NCBI GenBank assembly: GCA_045128835.1 | Contig: JBGVRX010000029.1 | Location: 51,583 to 115,582 of the forward strand | Source: Bacilli bacterium | Lineage (GTDB): Bacteria > Bacillota_I > Bacilli_A > RFN20 > DUOF01 | Reading direction: 5' to 3' | Length of the DNA stretch: 64,000 nt | Part shown: positions 1 through 8,714 of the stretch, one piece after another | Layout of the letters: every line of letters begins with the position of its first letter | Numbering within the stretch: position 1 is the stretch's first letter | Made by a program: the position numbers and the translations under genes | The notes under the pieces: generated by a model | The model's database searches: none | Seen by the model: only the letters and a program-made list of their open reading frames with translations | Told to the model about the DNA's origin: nothing

Positions 1-1426
1 AACTTTTTCCATTATTTTTAATCACTAAATAATCTTCTTCAGAAATTTCTTCTTTACTCCATAAATAATAAAGTGAATCAATTCCTGAATAATAATCAGT
101 AAAATTAACCTCTAGATTAACTTGATTATAATAATTTGTATCAATATAACCATCTTTATTTAAACTAAAACTAGGGGCGTTATTATCAAAGTAAAATATG
201 TAATAGTCACTAACATAATAATTTCCCGTATAATCATAAGCATAATATCTCATACAATAAGGACCATCATTTAAATCAGGACCTAAAATAAAACTAACTC
301 CGTTTTCATAAGCAAAATTATAACTTTGACCCCAATCACAAGTATTATAATAAGGAACTATTATTTGATAAAATAAATTACTTGGATCAATACCACTTTT
401 TGAATCATCAACAGTAATCTTTACTTCAACACTTTTAGCGTATTCATCAATTGATGCAACACTTGTATTTTCTTCATCTACAGTTGGTAATTCAGTATCA
501 AAATAAAATATCTCATCTAATAAAACTATACTATCTGGAAATCTACTATTACAATTAGTTTGACATTGCACTACTGTTTTAAATCTAGCGTATTCATAAT
601 TGATGTTATTATTAGAATCATATAACAAAGTATCTGCTGAATAATAAAATGTAAAGTTACCAAGGTAAGGAGTAAGATTTAATGATTGATTTCCAGAACT
701 TACTGTCTCTACGGCTTCATCTCTACAAATATTATCTCCTACACACACACTATTTGTAACCAAAAAAGTCGGGGCGTTATCCCAAGTTAAGCTAGATGAT
801 ATGTTATTAGACATATATCCTTTAACATAAACATATTTATTAGCTTGACTGAAATAATTGTCTACATATTTCTTACCTTCATTTTCAGTATAGAAAGTAT
901 CAACTAAAAATTGATAACTATAATCTAGTTCACTAGAAACAAACTCAATATCATCAAGTATAATTTCTTCATTACATCCATCATCTATACAAACAAGTTT
1001 GTTACTAAATTTAACATATTCAAAATTAAAACCTTCACTATAATAAGGCATATCTCCATCCCAAAATTGAAAGGAATAGGTTTCACTGCTAAGAATATCT
1101 TGAGGATTTTCTTGTTGATCTTTACCAGTTAAATCAGTTTCACAAAGTTCTTCTTGCCCGCTTACTTTGTAACAAAATTTATGCTCCCAACGATAACTTT
1201 TACCTGTTTCTTCTAAACCTTTTAAAGTTACCGCAAATTGCATTCTTTCTTTTATCACACCATAATCATCTTCCAAAGAATAATAAACAGGAAGTTTATC
1301 TGTTCCTACTTCAACTTCAAAAGTAGAACTAGAAACTTTTTTCGCAGAAACATCTATAGATTCCATGAATAAGGCACAAACAAAAACAAAAACAATATAT
1401 ACAAAATTAAATATTTTCTTCATCAT
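1..1426 (-). CDS. Secreted/cell-surface protein of unknown function. Partial: the C-terminus lies beyond the window start.
   Basis: Manual reverse-complement translation gives MMKKIFNFVYIVFVFVCALFMES..., a signal peptide followed by a Cys-containing, Tyr/Asn-rich region. The ATG directly abuts the stop of the upstream gene (sense TAAATGATG), and a GGAGG RBS lies inside the upstream gene's 3' end. Not in the ORF track because it is truncated. Confidence 0.5.
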   Translation of the reverse strand, partial: MMKKIFNFVYIVFVFVCALFMESIDVSAKKVSSSTFEVEVGTDKLPVYYSLEDDYGVIKERMQFAVTLKGLEETGKSYRWEHKFCYKVSGQEELCETDLTGKDQQENPQDILSSETYSFQFWDGDMPYYSEGFNFEYVKFSNKLVCIDDGCNEEIILDDIEFVSSELDYSYQFLVDTFYTENEGKKYVDNYFSQANKYVYVKGYMSNNISSSLTWDNAPTFLVTNSVCVGDNICRDEAVETVSSGNQSLNLTPYLGNFTFYYSADTLLYDSNNNINYEYARFKTVVQCQTNCNSRFPDSIVLLDEIFYFDTELPTVDEENTSVASIDEYAKSVEVKITVDDSKSGIDPSNLFYQIIVPYYNTCDWGQSYNFAYENGVSFILGPDLNDGPYCMRYYAYDYTGNYYVSDYYIFYFDNNAPSFSLNKDGYIDTNYYNQVNLEVNFTDYYSGIDSLYYLWSKEEISEEDYLVIKNNGKS

Positions 1427-2878
1427 TTACGCCTCCACTTCCATAATTAAATTTATTAAAACTAAATATACAATTAACACGCTTATCAAAATAATAAACA
1501 TTGTTTGAGTATATGGTACAACTATCATCAAACAAGGAATTACAAACCAAAACAAAACGCTTAAAACCTTAAACAAGAAGTAATTCTTTAATTTAGTTTT
1601 TTCTTCATTATCCCCTTTTAATAAATAATACATATCATTTTTCTTTATTAAAGCAGATTGACTTTTAAACCCATAATGATAAATATCTTCAACTTTACCA
1701 CCTAATAAATTAAATAACTTACTAGTATTCAATACTTTAACTTTTTCTGTATAAATAACTTCACTATCATTATTAAATTCAACAGAAATAATTAAATTAC
1801 CATTACTACCACCATATTTTCCTTCTTGACCTTTTCCTTCTATTTCCATTTTAGAAGTACATTTAGTAATGTTATGACAGTCAATTGTTTCTTCTAGACT
1901 ACAAACAGTGTAATCACCATTAAAATACACCATTTTATTCTTATAATTTTTGTTTATAAATAAATACATTTGTTTATCTTCACCATCGTATTTACTATTA
2001 AAAAATTTAAAAACAATCTTTTTATTATTAAAATCAAATTGCTTACTATATCCATCTTCAACAAAACAAGGAACCTCAAGTTTAAAAGCACCAAATTCAG
2101 AAAAATATTCTTTACTAAATCCAAATAAGGTTTCTTCTTTAGTTAAGTAATAATCTACTTCAATAACATCACCATTAATTTTAACATTTTCTTTATCATA
2201 AAAATCAAAAGAAACTTTCAAATTAGACTTAAGATTATTTCCATAGTCATCACCATAACCCTTAAATTCTTTAAAAGAATCATCAACGTAAAAAGCGATC
2301 TTATCTTTTGTTAAGTGATATCCTTTTCCTCCACACTTTTTACAATTAACACTTACTTTGCCTTCTCCTCTACAGATTGGGCACCAAATCATATGTTCTT
2401 TATACTCAACTACTTTTTCACCATTACAAGTTTGGCAAGTAACAAAGTCAACACATGAATCACATTTAACCTTATGAGAATATTCTATTTCATAACGCAA
2501 ATTCAAAAGTTTATATAGATAACTTAATTTAACATTAACTTCAATATCTTTATAACTAGAAACGCTCAAATCTTCTACACTGTTATAATCTATTTCTTGA
2601 ATTTCATTAACTTGATTTTCTTTACTAAAATAATCATACAGGTCATATGTTTTTAAAGCATTTTCTTTCAAAGATTCCTTATCTTCCAGATTATACATCT
2701 TTCGTCTTTGTTCATCTTTTATATTCTCATATGCCTTTATAATCTCTCTATATTTTTTATAAGCATGAATAGATGTGTTAAAAGAAGGATCATACTTTCT
2801 TTTTAAGTCATTGTATGATGTTTCAATTTCTTTATCAGTTGCATCTCTAGTAACATTTAAAATCTCATAACTATCCAT
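1427..2878 (-). CDS. Membrane-anchored DnaJ-like protein. It has an N-terminal J-like domain with a degenerate HPD motif, a CR-type zinc finger (CxxCxGxG x4), a DnaJ CTD-like region and two C-terminal TM helices.
   Basis: N-terminus DSYEILNVTRDATDKEIETSYNDLKRKYDPS aligns with the DnaJ J-domain DYYEILGV...KYHPD, but HPD is replaced by DPS. The zinc finger reads CDSC...CQTCNGEK...CPICRGEG...CKKCGGKG. The segment GKGQEGKYGGSNGNLIISVEF resembles the CTD GDLxVxV motif. A hydrophobic C-terminal tail follows. RBS AAGGAGATGA sits upstream. Confidence 0.6.
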   Translation of the reverse strand: MDSYEILNVTRDATDKEIETSYNDLKRKYDPSFNTSIHAYKKYREIIKAYENIKDEQRRKMYNLEDKESLKENALKTYDLYDYFSKENQVNEIQEIDYNSVEDLSVSSYKDIEVNVKLSYLYKLLNLRYEIEYSHKVKCDSCVDFVTCQTCNGEKVVEYKEHMIWCPICRGEGKVSVNCKKCGGKGYHLTKDKIAFYVDDSFKEFKGYGDDYGNNLKSNLKVSFDFYDKENVKINGDVIEVDYYLTKEETLFGFSKEYFSEFGAFKLEVPCFVEDGYSKQFDFNNKKIVFKFFNSKYDGEDKQMYLFINKNYKNKMVYFNGDYTVCSLEETIDCHNITKCTSKMEIEGKGQEGKYGGSNGNLIISVEFNNDSEVIYTEKVKVLNTSKLFNLLGGKVEDIYHYGFKSQSALIKKNDMYYLLKGDNEEKTKLKNYFLFKVLSVLFWFVIPCLMIVVPYTQTMFIILISVLIVYLVLINLIMEVEA

Positions 2879-2896
2879 CTTATATCATCTCCTTGT

Positions 2897-3883
2897 CTAT
2901 AATAAATCTATAACCTCATTGATTAATCTGATATCTTTATACTTATCTCTATTTTTTAACAAGTATTTTTTTATATCACCTTTGTAATCTTTAAGTTTGA
3001 AAGATTCAAAACAACTTCCTTCAACTTCATCAATCACTACTTTTCCCACATTATATCCTTTTGTTTCTCTACCTATTTCTACAAAAGAATACTCACTAAA
3101 CTCTTTAATAATCTCTTCAATATAAATTTTATTTCCCTCAATTGTAAACTTCTTGCTTTCATCTACAACAAGAATATAATCACTATTTACTAAATTATTC
3201 TCTCTTCCATAAAACAAATTAACTTTGAAATTACTACTTAAAAATTCTTTTTTATCTTCACTTAGTTCTCTTGAATCATCTAGTTTTAAAGCATTCTTTT
3301 TTAAATAATCTTTAATATTTTTATTTATATTATTACTATTAACATCCATTTCAAAATAATATGGATTAGCTTCTAAACTAGTATAATTAAGTGCAATATC
3401 GTCATATCTATTAGACAATTCCTTCTTATATTTATTAATCAATTCTAAGAATTTAAAATCATTATTCCAAACAACAACATTGCTACTATTATTAATTTTA
3501 TTTTCACTAACTAATTCATTTTTTAAAGGATTATAAATAACCCTTTTCATTTCCTTTTTTTCTAATACAGGAATCTTATTTATATTCAAGCAATATTCTC
3601 CAAAAGCACTAAACTTAATATCATTAACTATAATTTCATTAATATCCTCACTATCACTATTATTAATGATAAGACCATTATCTAATAAATCATAAAAATT
3701 ATTTTGATAAAGGTACAACAAAGCCTTAGTTACATCCATATCCAATAAGACTTCACTAATAGTCTTTTTGCTTCCTTGTTTTATGATTTTGATTAGTAAA
3801 AACACAAATAAATCCATTTTTTCTAAATTATAAAGTTCAATTTCACTATTAAAATCACTAAAAGAAACAAAATTAATCTTCAT
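2897..3883 (-). CDS. Hypothetical protein, 328 aa, no recognisable motif.
   Basis: Long ORF, Lys/Asn-rich. Its start overlaps the helicase stop by 11 nt, suggesting translational coupling. Confidence 0.4.
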   Translation of the reverse strand: MKINFVSFSDFNSEIELYNLEKMDLFVFLLIKIIKQGSKKTISEVLLDMDVTKALLYLYQNNFYDLLDNGLIINNSDSEDINEIIVNDIKFSAFGEYCLNINKIPVLEKKEMKRVIYNPLKNELVSENKINNSSNVVVWNNDFKFLELINKYKKELSNRYDDIALNYTSLEANPYYFEMDVNSNNINKNIKDYLKKNALKLDDSRELSEDKKEFLSSNFKVNLFYGRENNLVNSDYILVVDESKKFTIEGNKIYIEEIIKEFSEYSFVEIGRETKGYNVGKVVIDEVEGSCFESFKLKDYKGDIKKYLLKNRDKYKDIRLINEVIDLL

Positions 3884-6800
3884 AATTTATCACCTCACCA
3901 AAATAGTTGTTTGGTTCATCAATCTTGCCTACAACTCTATCATAAATCTCACGATATATTTTTCTAACACTTACATCACTACTGTCATCTAATGCTTCCA
4001 TTTTAATTTTAAGACTTGAAAAGAATGGCTTAGATCCAACAATAATTAACATCTTTCTAGCTCTTGATAAGGCAACATTAATTCTTTCAAACTTCTTAAC
4101 AAAATCTCCAGCTTCAAAAAGAGGATTATTTCTAACAAAGTTAACAATAATAATATCTTCTTCTTTACCTTGGAATTCATCTACCGTAGAAACTTTACTC
4201 TTATTAAAATTCAAAGCTTCAAACTTCATTTTAGAAACTTCTTTTTTCAATTCACTAACTTGATCGCCATACAAAGAAATAACTCCAACACTGCACGCTT
4301 CCTTCATACTTCCTTCATCAATCAAAGCTTTATATCCTCTATCTAAAGTTTTTAAAATTTCTTTAGTTAAATAGATTTCTTCCTCATTATAGAAAGATGT
4401 TGAAACGATACTTCCCTTTTTCTTCTTTCTTTCATAACTTACATTACGATTAACATCATAATGAGAATTAAACCAATATGTATGAATGTTTTCTTCAAAC
4501 AAACTATAAGAGTTACTACTTACATTTAAATAGTGCCTCTTTGCCTCATTTTGTTCTTTTAAATTACCAAGTTTTAATTTATCATCATAGAAAATGTTTA
4601 CGACATCCATTATTTGCTCATGGCTTCTGTATTGATTTACTAACATGTATTTATTATTTCTAGATTTTTTGAATAATTCCTTAAACATACTATTTTCTAC
4701 TAAAGATTCATATTTAGAAAGCAATTCTTTATCACTATCGTCTTTAAACATCTTTTCCTTATATTTGAATAAAGGTGGTAATTGACGATGATCTCCTACT
4801 AAAATAATACTCTTTCCATATAAAATAGGAATTAAAAGTTCTACCCCATTAGCCTTACTAACTTCATCTATAATAACTACATCAAAATCTATATTTTTAA
4901 GTTCAATATCTCCTAACCCCAATTTCTTTAGATACTCATTTTTCTCTTCCAAATACTTAGAATTAGCGTTACATGTAATACTGTAAACATTCGCATTATT
5001 ATTTAGTAAATATTTCGTATATTTTACTTTATCCTTCTCTAGTAAATCTTCCTTGTTATCTTCAATGTATTTAATTACATCCTTATATAAAAATTCATAT
5101 TCCTTATATTTACTTTCTTCTTTTTCAAACTTATTCTTTTCTTGATTTATATAAGAATGAATAACATTTAAGCATCCTTCATCATCCAAAGGTCTCTTGT
5201 TAAAAGAAAGAATATTATTAAAATACTCATCAAAATATTCATCAATTTCTCTAAAGTCTTTTTCTCTTCCCTTAGTCTTATTTGCTATTTGATTATTTAA
5301 CTCATTAATCTCTTTTGATAAGGAACTTCTACTTTCTTTGTATTCATTAACCTTTGAACTATAAACATCTAAACTATTCTTTGCTTCATTATAAAAATTA
5401 TCTAAAGTAGAGATATTCTTGTTTATAAATTTCTTATAATCACTTGCAAACTTTTCGTTATTACTAAAATAAATTTTAAAATATTTTAAATAATCATTAA
5501 AATTTTCATACTCTTCATTTATTTCATATTCTTTTACAAATTCTAATCCTCTAAATACTGACGAAGATAAATAACCTTTGTATTCATTTATATCGTAATT
5601 ACTTCTTCTAAATTCATTTATAAATAACAAATTATTCTTGAAATCTCTAATCTTACTAAGAGAAACACTTATTTTATTATCCAATTCGTTTGCTTTGCTT
5701 TTTACAATATTTCTATTATTAATCAAACTTCTAACTTCTTTTCTTAAATTTAAATGTTTAATAACCTTATCTTTAATTTCTTCATATCTTACAAATGATT
5801 GCTCAACTGTTTTACCATATAAAACAAAGTTTTTCTCTTTGTTCAAATACTTATTTTTCATCTTTTCATAAAAATTATCTACAAGTTTATCTGGCAAATA
5901 ACTCTTATTAGATTTTATCTTTCTTTCACTGTTTACTAATCTAATTGGCAAAACATCTAGTTCATCAGGAAGTCTTTCAATAACATTGTCTATTGCAACG
6001 TGTGTTTGAGATGAAAGTAAAACTTTCTTTCCCATTTTATTATATTGGTAAACCATTTCTGTAATAGTTTGAGTCTTACCAGTTCCTGGAGGTCCTTGAA
6101 GTAAAAAGATAGAGTTCGAATTAATCGCACGATAAACAGCTTCTTTTTGATATTTATCCAAAGAATTATTGCTCCATACAATATCCTCTCTTTTTAAAAC
6201 ATCTTCACTAGTCTCAAACTCACTAATATTGAATAAGTAACTAGCAATACCAGGACTCTTAACATTACCTTCTCTTAAATCTCTTAAAGCTTGTTTTCCT
6301 CTTTTATAAAGTGCTACATCACCACTTAAGATATTAACCAAAACAGGCTTTTCTCCAAACTCTCTAGTAACATATTCATTAACTCTAGCAAAACTAAAAT
6401 ATAAATCTAAATCCTCATCACTCCAGAACTTTGAAAAAGAATAAGTTGCTTCCGTTTCACTTTCACTAACTAACTCTAACGGTTTTAACAAACTACCTAG
6501 TCTTCTAGTTTTAAAACTAAATTCTAATTCGTTATTTCCAACCTTAAGTTCTCCTTTTTCCAAACAATCAACTTCATTAGCTAATTCTATTTCTTGAGAA
6601 ACAAAAAATTGCAAATTGTTGAAACTATTCTCATTCTTTTTTATTCTAACTAGAAATTCTACAGCGATTACACTGTTATATGATTCATCAACCATCTCAT
6701 TTCCATCTACATAAAGATAATTATTACCATCATCAAAATAAGTGACATCCTCATACTTTTTACAAATATTTAAGTTTCTTTTAACCTCTTTTAACTCAAT

Positions 6801-7352
6801 TGCCTTAAATTCTAAAGTCTTATAGAATCCTAGTTTCTTTAAAAAATGTCTTTTTTCAAACTCTAAATAACTTTCAAAATCTCTAACAAAATCTAAACAA
6901 TGATAATCATAAACATTTGGAGTCTCATTAATAATATATCTAACAGTTTTAAGATCGCTCAACGCTTTCTTATAATCATTTTTTATTTTTACATCAAAAG
7001 AAAATTCTTTTTCATATTTTCGCATTTTCTTACTATCGTTTATGTAAATATCTTTAACCTTATAATAACTTTCTCCATCCTTAGTTATTATAAAGTCTCC
7101 AACAAATTGATATAGTTGTCCTTTTGGTCTAATAAAAAAATTTTTGTAAAAATCAAAGTTTATATCTTTTAAAAGTCTTCTTTCAAGACTTGAACATGCT
7201 ACAAAAAAAGTATTTTCTAGCACAACTACTTCTTTAACAAAATTATTCAAATCAACATTAATTTCATCTAAGTATTTATAAAATGATGCTCCTGCTAGTC
7301 TCTTCTTATATTCATCTTTATAAACTTCACTAAAATCAAAGAAAATACCCAT
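3873..7352 (-). CDS. Superfamily 1B helicase of the Upf1/DNA2/NAM7-like family (AAA_11/AAA_12 type). It carries an N-terminal domain of about 400 aa of unknown function and a coiled-coil insertion of about 390 aa.
   Basis: Walker A LLQGPPGTGKTQ (nt ~6085-6115). Walker B VVIIDEVSKA. Motif III VGDHRQLPP. Motif IV QYRSHEQI. Motif V TVDEFQGKEEDIIIVNFVRNN. Motif VI INVALSRARKMLIIVGS. A long heptad-like Lys/Glu/Asn-rich insertion lies between Walker A and B. RBS GGAGGTG precedes the ATG. Confidence 0.75.
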   Translation of the reverse strand: MGIFFDFSEVYKDEYKKRLAGASFYKYLDEINVDLNNFVKEVVVLENTFFVACSSLERRLLKDINFDFYKNFFIRPKGQLYQFVGDFIITKDGESYYKVKDIYINDSKKMRKYEKEFSFDVKIKNDYKKALSDLKTVRYIINETPNVYDYHCLDFVRDFESYLEFEKRHFLKKLGFYKTLEFKAIELKEVKRNLNICKKYEDVTYFDDGNNYLYVDGNEMVDESYNSVIAVEFLVRIKKNENSFNNLQFFVSQEIELANEVDCLEKGELKVGNNELEFSFKTRRLGSLLKPLELVSESETEATYSFSKFWSDEDLDLYFSFARVNEYVTREFGEKPVLVNILSGDVALYKRGKQALRDLREGNVKSPGIASYLFNISEFETSEDVLKREDIVWSNNSLDKYQKEAVYRAINSNSIFLLQGPPGTGKTQTITEMVYQYNKMGKKVLLSSQTHVAIDNVIERLPDELDVLPIRLVNSERKIKSNKSYLPDKLVDNFYEKMKNKYLNKEKNFVLYGKTVEQSFVRYEEIKDKVIKHLNLRKEVRSLINNRNIVKSKANELDNKISVSLSKIRDFKNNLLFINEFRRSNYDINEYKGYLSSSVFRGLEFVKEYEINEEYENFNDYLKYFKIYFSNNEKFASDYKKFINKNISTLDNFYNEAKNSLDVYSSKVNEYKESRSSLSKEINELNNQIANKTKGREKDFREIDEYFDEYFNNILSFNKRPLDDEGCLNVIHSYINQEKNKFEKEESKYKEYEFLYKDVIKYIEDNKEDLLEKDKVKYTKYLLNNNANVYSITCNANSKYLEEKNEYLKKLGLGDIELKNIDFDVVIIDEVSKANGVELLIPILYGKSIILVGDHRQLPPLFKYKEKMFKDDSDKELLSKYESLVENSMFKELFKKSRNNKYMLVNQYRSHEQIMDVVNIFYDDKLKLGNLKEQNEAKRHYLNVSSNSYSLFEENIHTYWFNSHYDVNRNVSYERKKKKGSIVSTSFYNEEEIYLTKEILKTLDRGYKALIDEGSMKEACSVGVISLYGDQVSELKKEVSKMKFEALNFNKSKVSTVDEFQGKEEDIIIVNFVRNNPLFEAGDFVKKFERINVALSRARKMLIIVGSKPFFSSLKIKMEALDDSSDVSVRKIYREIYDRVVGKIDEPNNYFGEVINYED

Positions 7353-7364
7353 CTATAACACCTC

Positions 7365-8714
7365 CTATCTTATAACTTTAACTATAACTTTATTTCCATC
7401 TTCATCTACTACAACGATTTCCTTCTTTTTGTTTAAAGTGACTTTTAAACCACTCTCAAACAAGTTAACTTCTTCAAAAAAGAACTTTTTATAATCTTGC
7501 AAATAAATAACTTTATCTTTTTTACTAACACGAACAGTAACCTTATATACATCATAGTTAAAAGGATTTAATTTAAAAACTGCGCTCTCACATTCATTTT
7601 TATCAAGCATGAATCCTTGTTCTTTAACTTCTACTTCTTTTTCTTCTTCTATATTTTTGGGAAATGACAATGTCAATTTACTCTTATTAAACTCAATTGT
7701 CTTCTTACCATCACTAACTTCATATTTAGTTAATTTAATAGGCATTGAATATAAAACATCATCAATACATTTAAAATCTTCTTCAAAGTAAATTTTTAAG
7801 TATAAGTCTCCTTGCTCTCCACCAAACTTACCATCTAACCCTTTTCCTTTTAGTTTAACAATTTTAAAATTGTTCGCTTCTTCTATTTCTATATACTGAT
7901 AATCTTTATTATTTATTTGTTTATAATAAGAAATGTTTAAACATTTTAAATTACTAGATAACTCTTTTTTATTAATATAAAATCCTGGCATATCTTTCTT
8001 TATAACGACATTTTTATAAACGTCTTTACCCTTTAAAGGAACTAGTTCACTCTCTATACAAATATAAAATGAGCCTTCGTTAATCCCTTGATTTTCAAGC
8101 TTAATTACTTCTCTAGTTTCTTCTCCGCTCGATTTTATTTTTTCAAAACCTTTTATAGTCTCTACATTTTTACTTATTCCTTTTATAATTTCTTCTTTAG
8201 AAAACTTTATTATTCTTTTGTCATAAACATCATTACCAACTACTTCAAAACATTCATAATCATTTATTTGAACTTTGATAAACAAATCACCTTTAATATC
8301 ATTACTTTCTCTTCCTTTTCCTTTTACAGTAATAATATCTCCTTCTTTTAAAGTTGGAGTTAATTGAACTTTAACTTTACCTTTTTTTACTAATTTACCT
8401 TTTCCTTCACATAAAGGACAAATGTTTTTAATAATTCTTTTATTCCCCTTACAGTGATTGCAAATCACTTTATTACCATTAATATTAATAAAACCTAACC
8501 CATTACATTTATCACACTTTTCGTAATATGTATTAAAATTAACACTCTCTACACATTTACAATCTTTTTCTACTTTACTTATAACTTCAACTTCTTTTCC
8601 TTTTAAAATATCCAAATATGAAAAAGAACCTTCATCATAAATATCTAGATTCTCTTTAACATTTAAATTATTCTCATAATTATAATTATCTACAAAAATA
8701 TTATTCTTTTTCAT
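7365..8714 (-). CDS. DnaJ-like substrate-binding module protein with a CR-type zinc finger and two DnaJ CTD-like repeats. It lacks a J domain.
   Basis: Zinc finger CKCVESV...CDKCNGLG...CNHCKGNK...CPLCEGKG. CTD-like motifs KGKGRESNDIKGDLFIKVQIND and GKGLDGKFGGEQGDLYLKIYFEED. No J-domain at the N-terminus. The start overlaps the coaE stop (ATGA). Confidence 0.55.
   Translation of the reverse strand: MKKNNIFVDNYNYENNLNVKENLDIYDEGSFSYLDILKGKEVEVISKVEKDCKCVESVNFNTYYEKCDKCNGLGFININGNKVICNHCKGNKRIIKNICPLCEGKGKLVKKGKVKVQLTPTLKEGDIITVKGKGRESNDIKGDLFIKVQINDYECFEVVGNDVYDKRIIKFSKEEIIKGISKNVETIKGFEKIKSSGEETREVIKLENQGINEGSFYICIESELVPLKGKDVYKNVVIKKDMPGFYINKKELSSNLKCLNISYYKQINNKDYQYIEIEEANNFKIVKLKGKGLDGKFGGEQGDLYLKIYFEEDFKCIDDVLYSMPIKLTKYEVSDGKKTIEFNKSKLTLSFPKNIEEEKEVEVKEQGFMLDKNECESAVFKLNPFNYDVYKVTVRVSKKDKVIYLQDYKKFFFEEVNLFESGLKVTLNKKKEIVVVDEDGNKVIVKVIR

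Noticed and set aside
1950-2150. Short plus-strand ORFs (60-120 aa) scattered through the ORF track, for example 1950-2150, 4478-4663, 5638-5871, 8088-8351, 13106-13300, 43724-44086 and 52738-53091.
   Set aside because: All lie antisense within long, well-supported minus-strand genes. They have low-complexity Phe/Leu/Ile/Ser-rich translations typical of antisense reading of AT-rich coding DNA. None has a motif or RBS.
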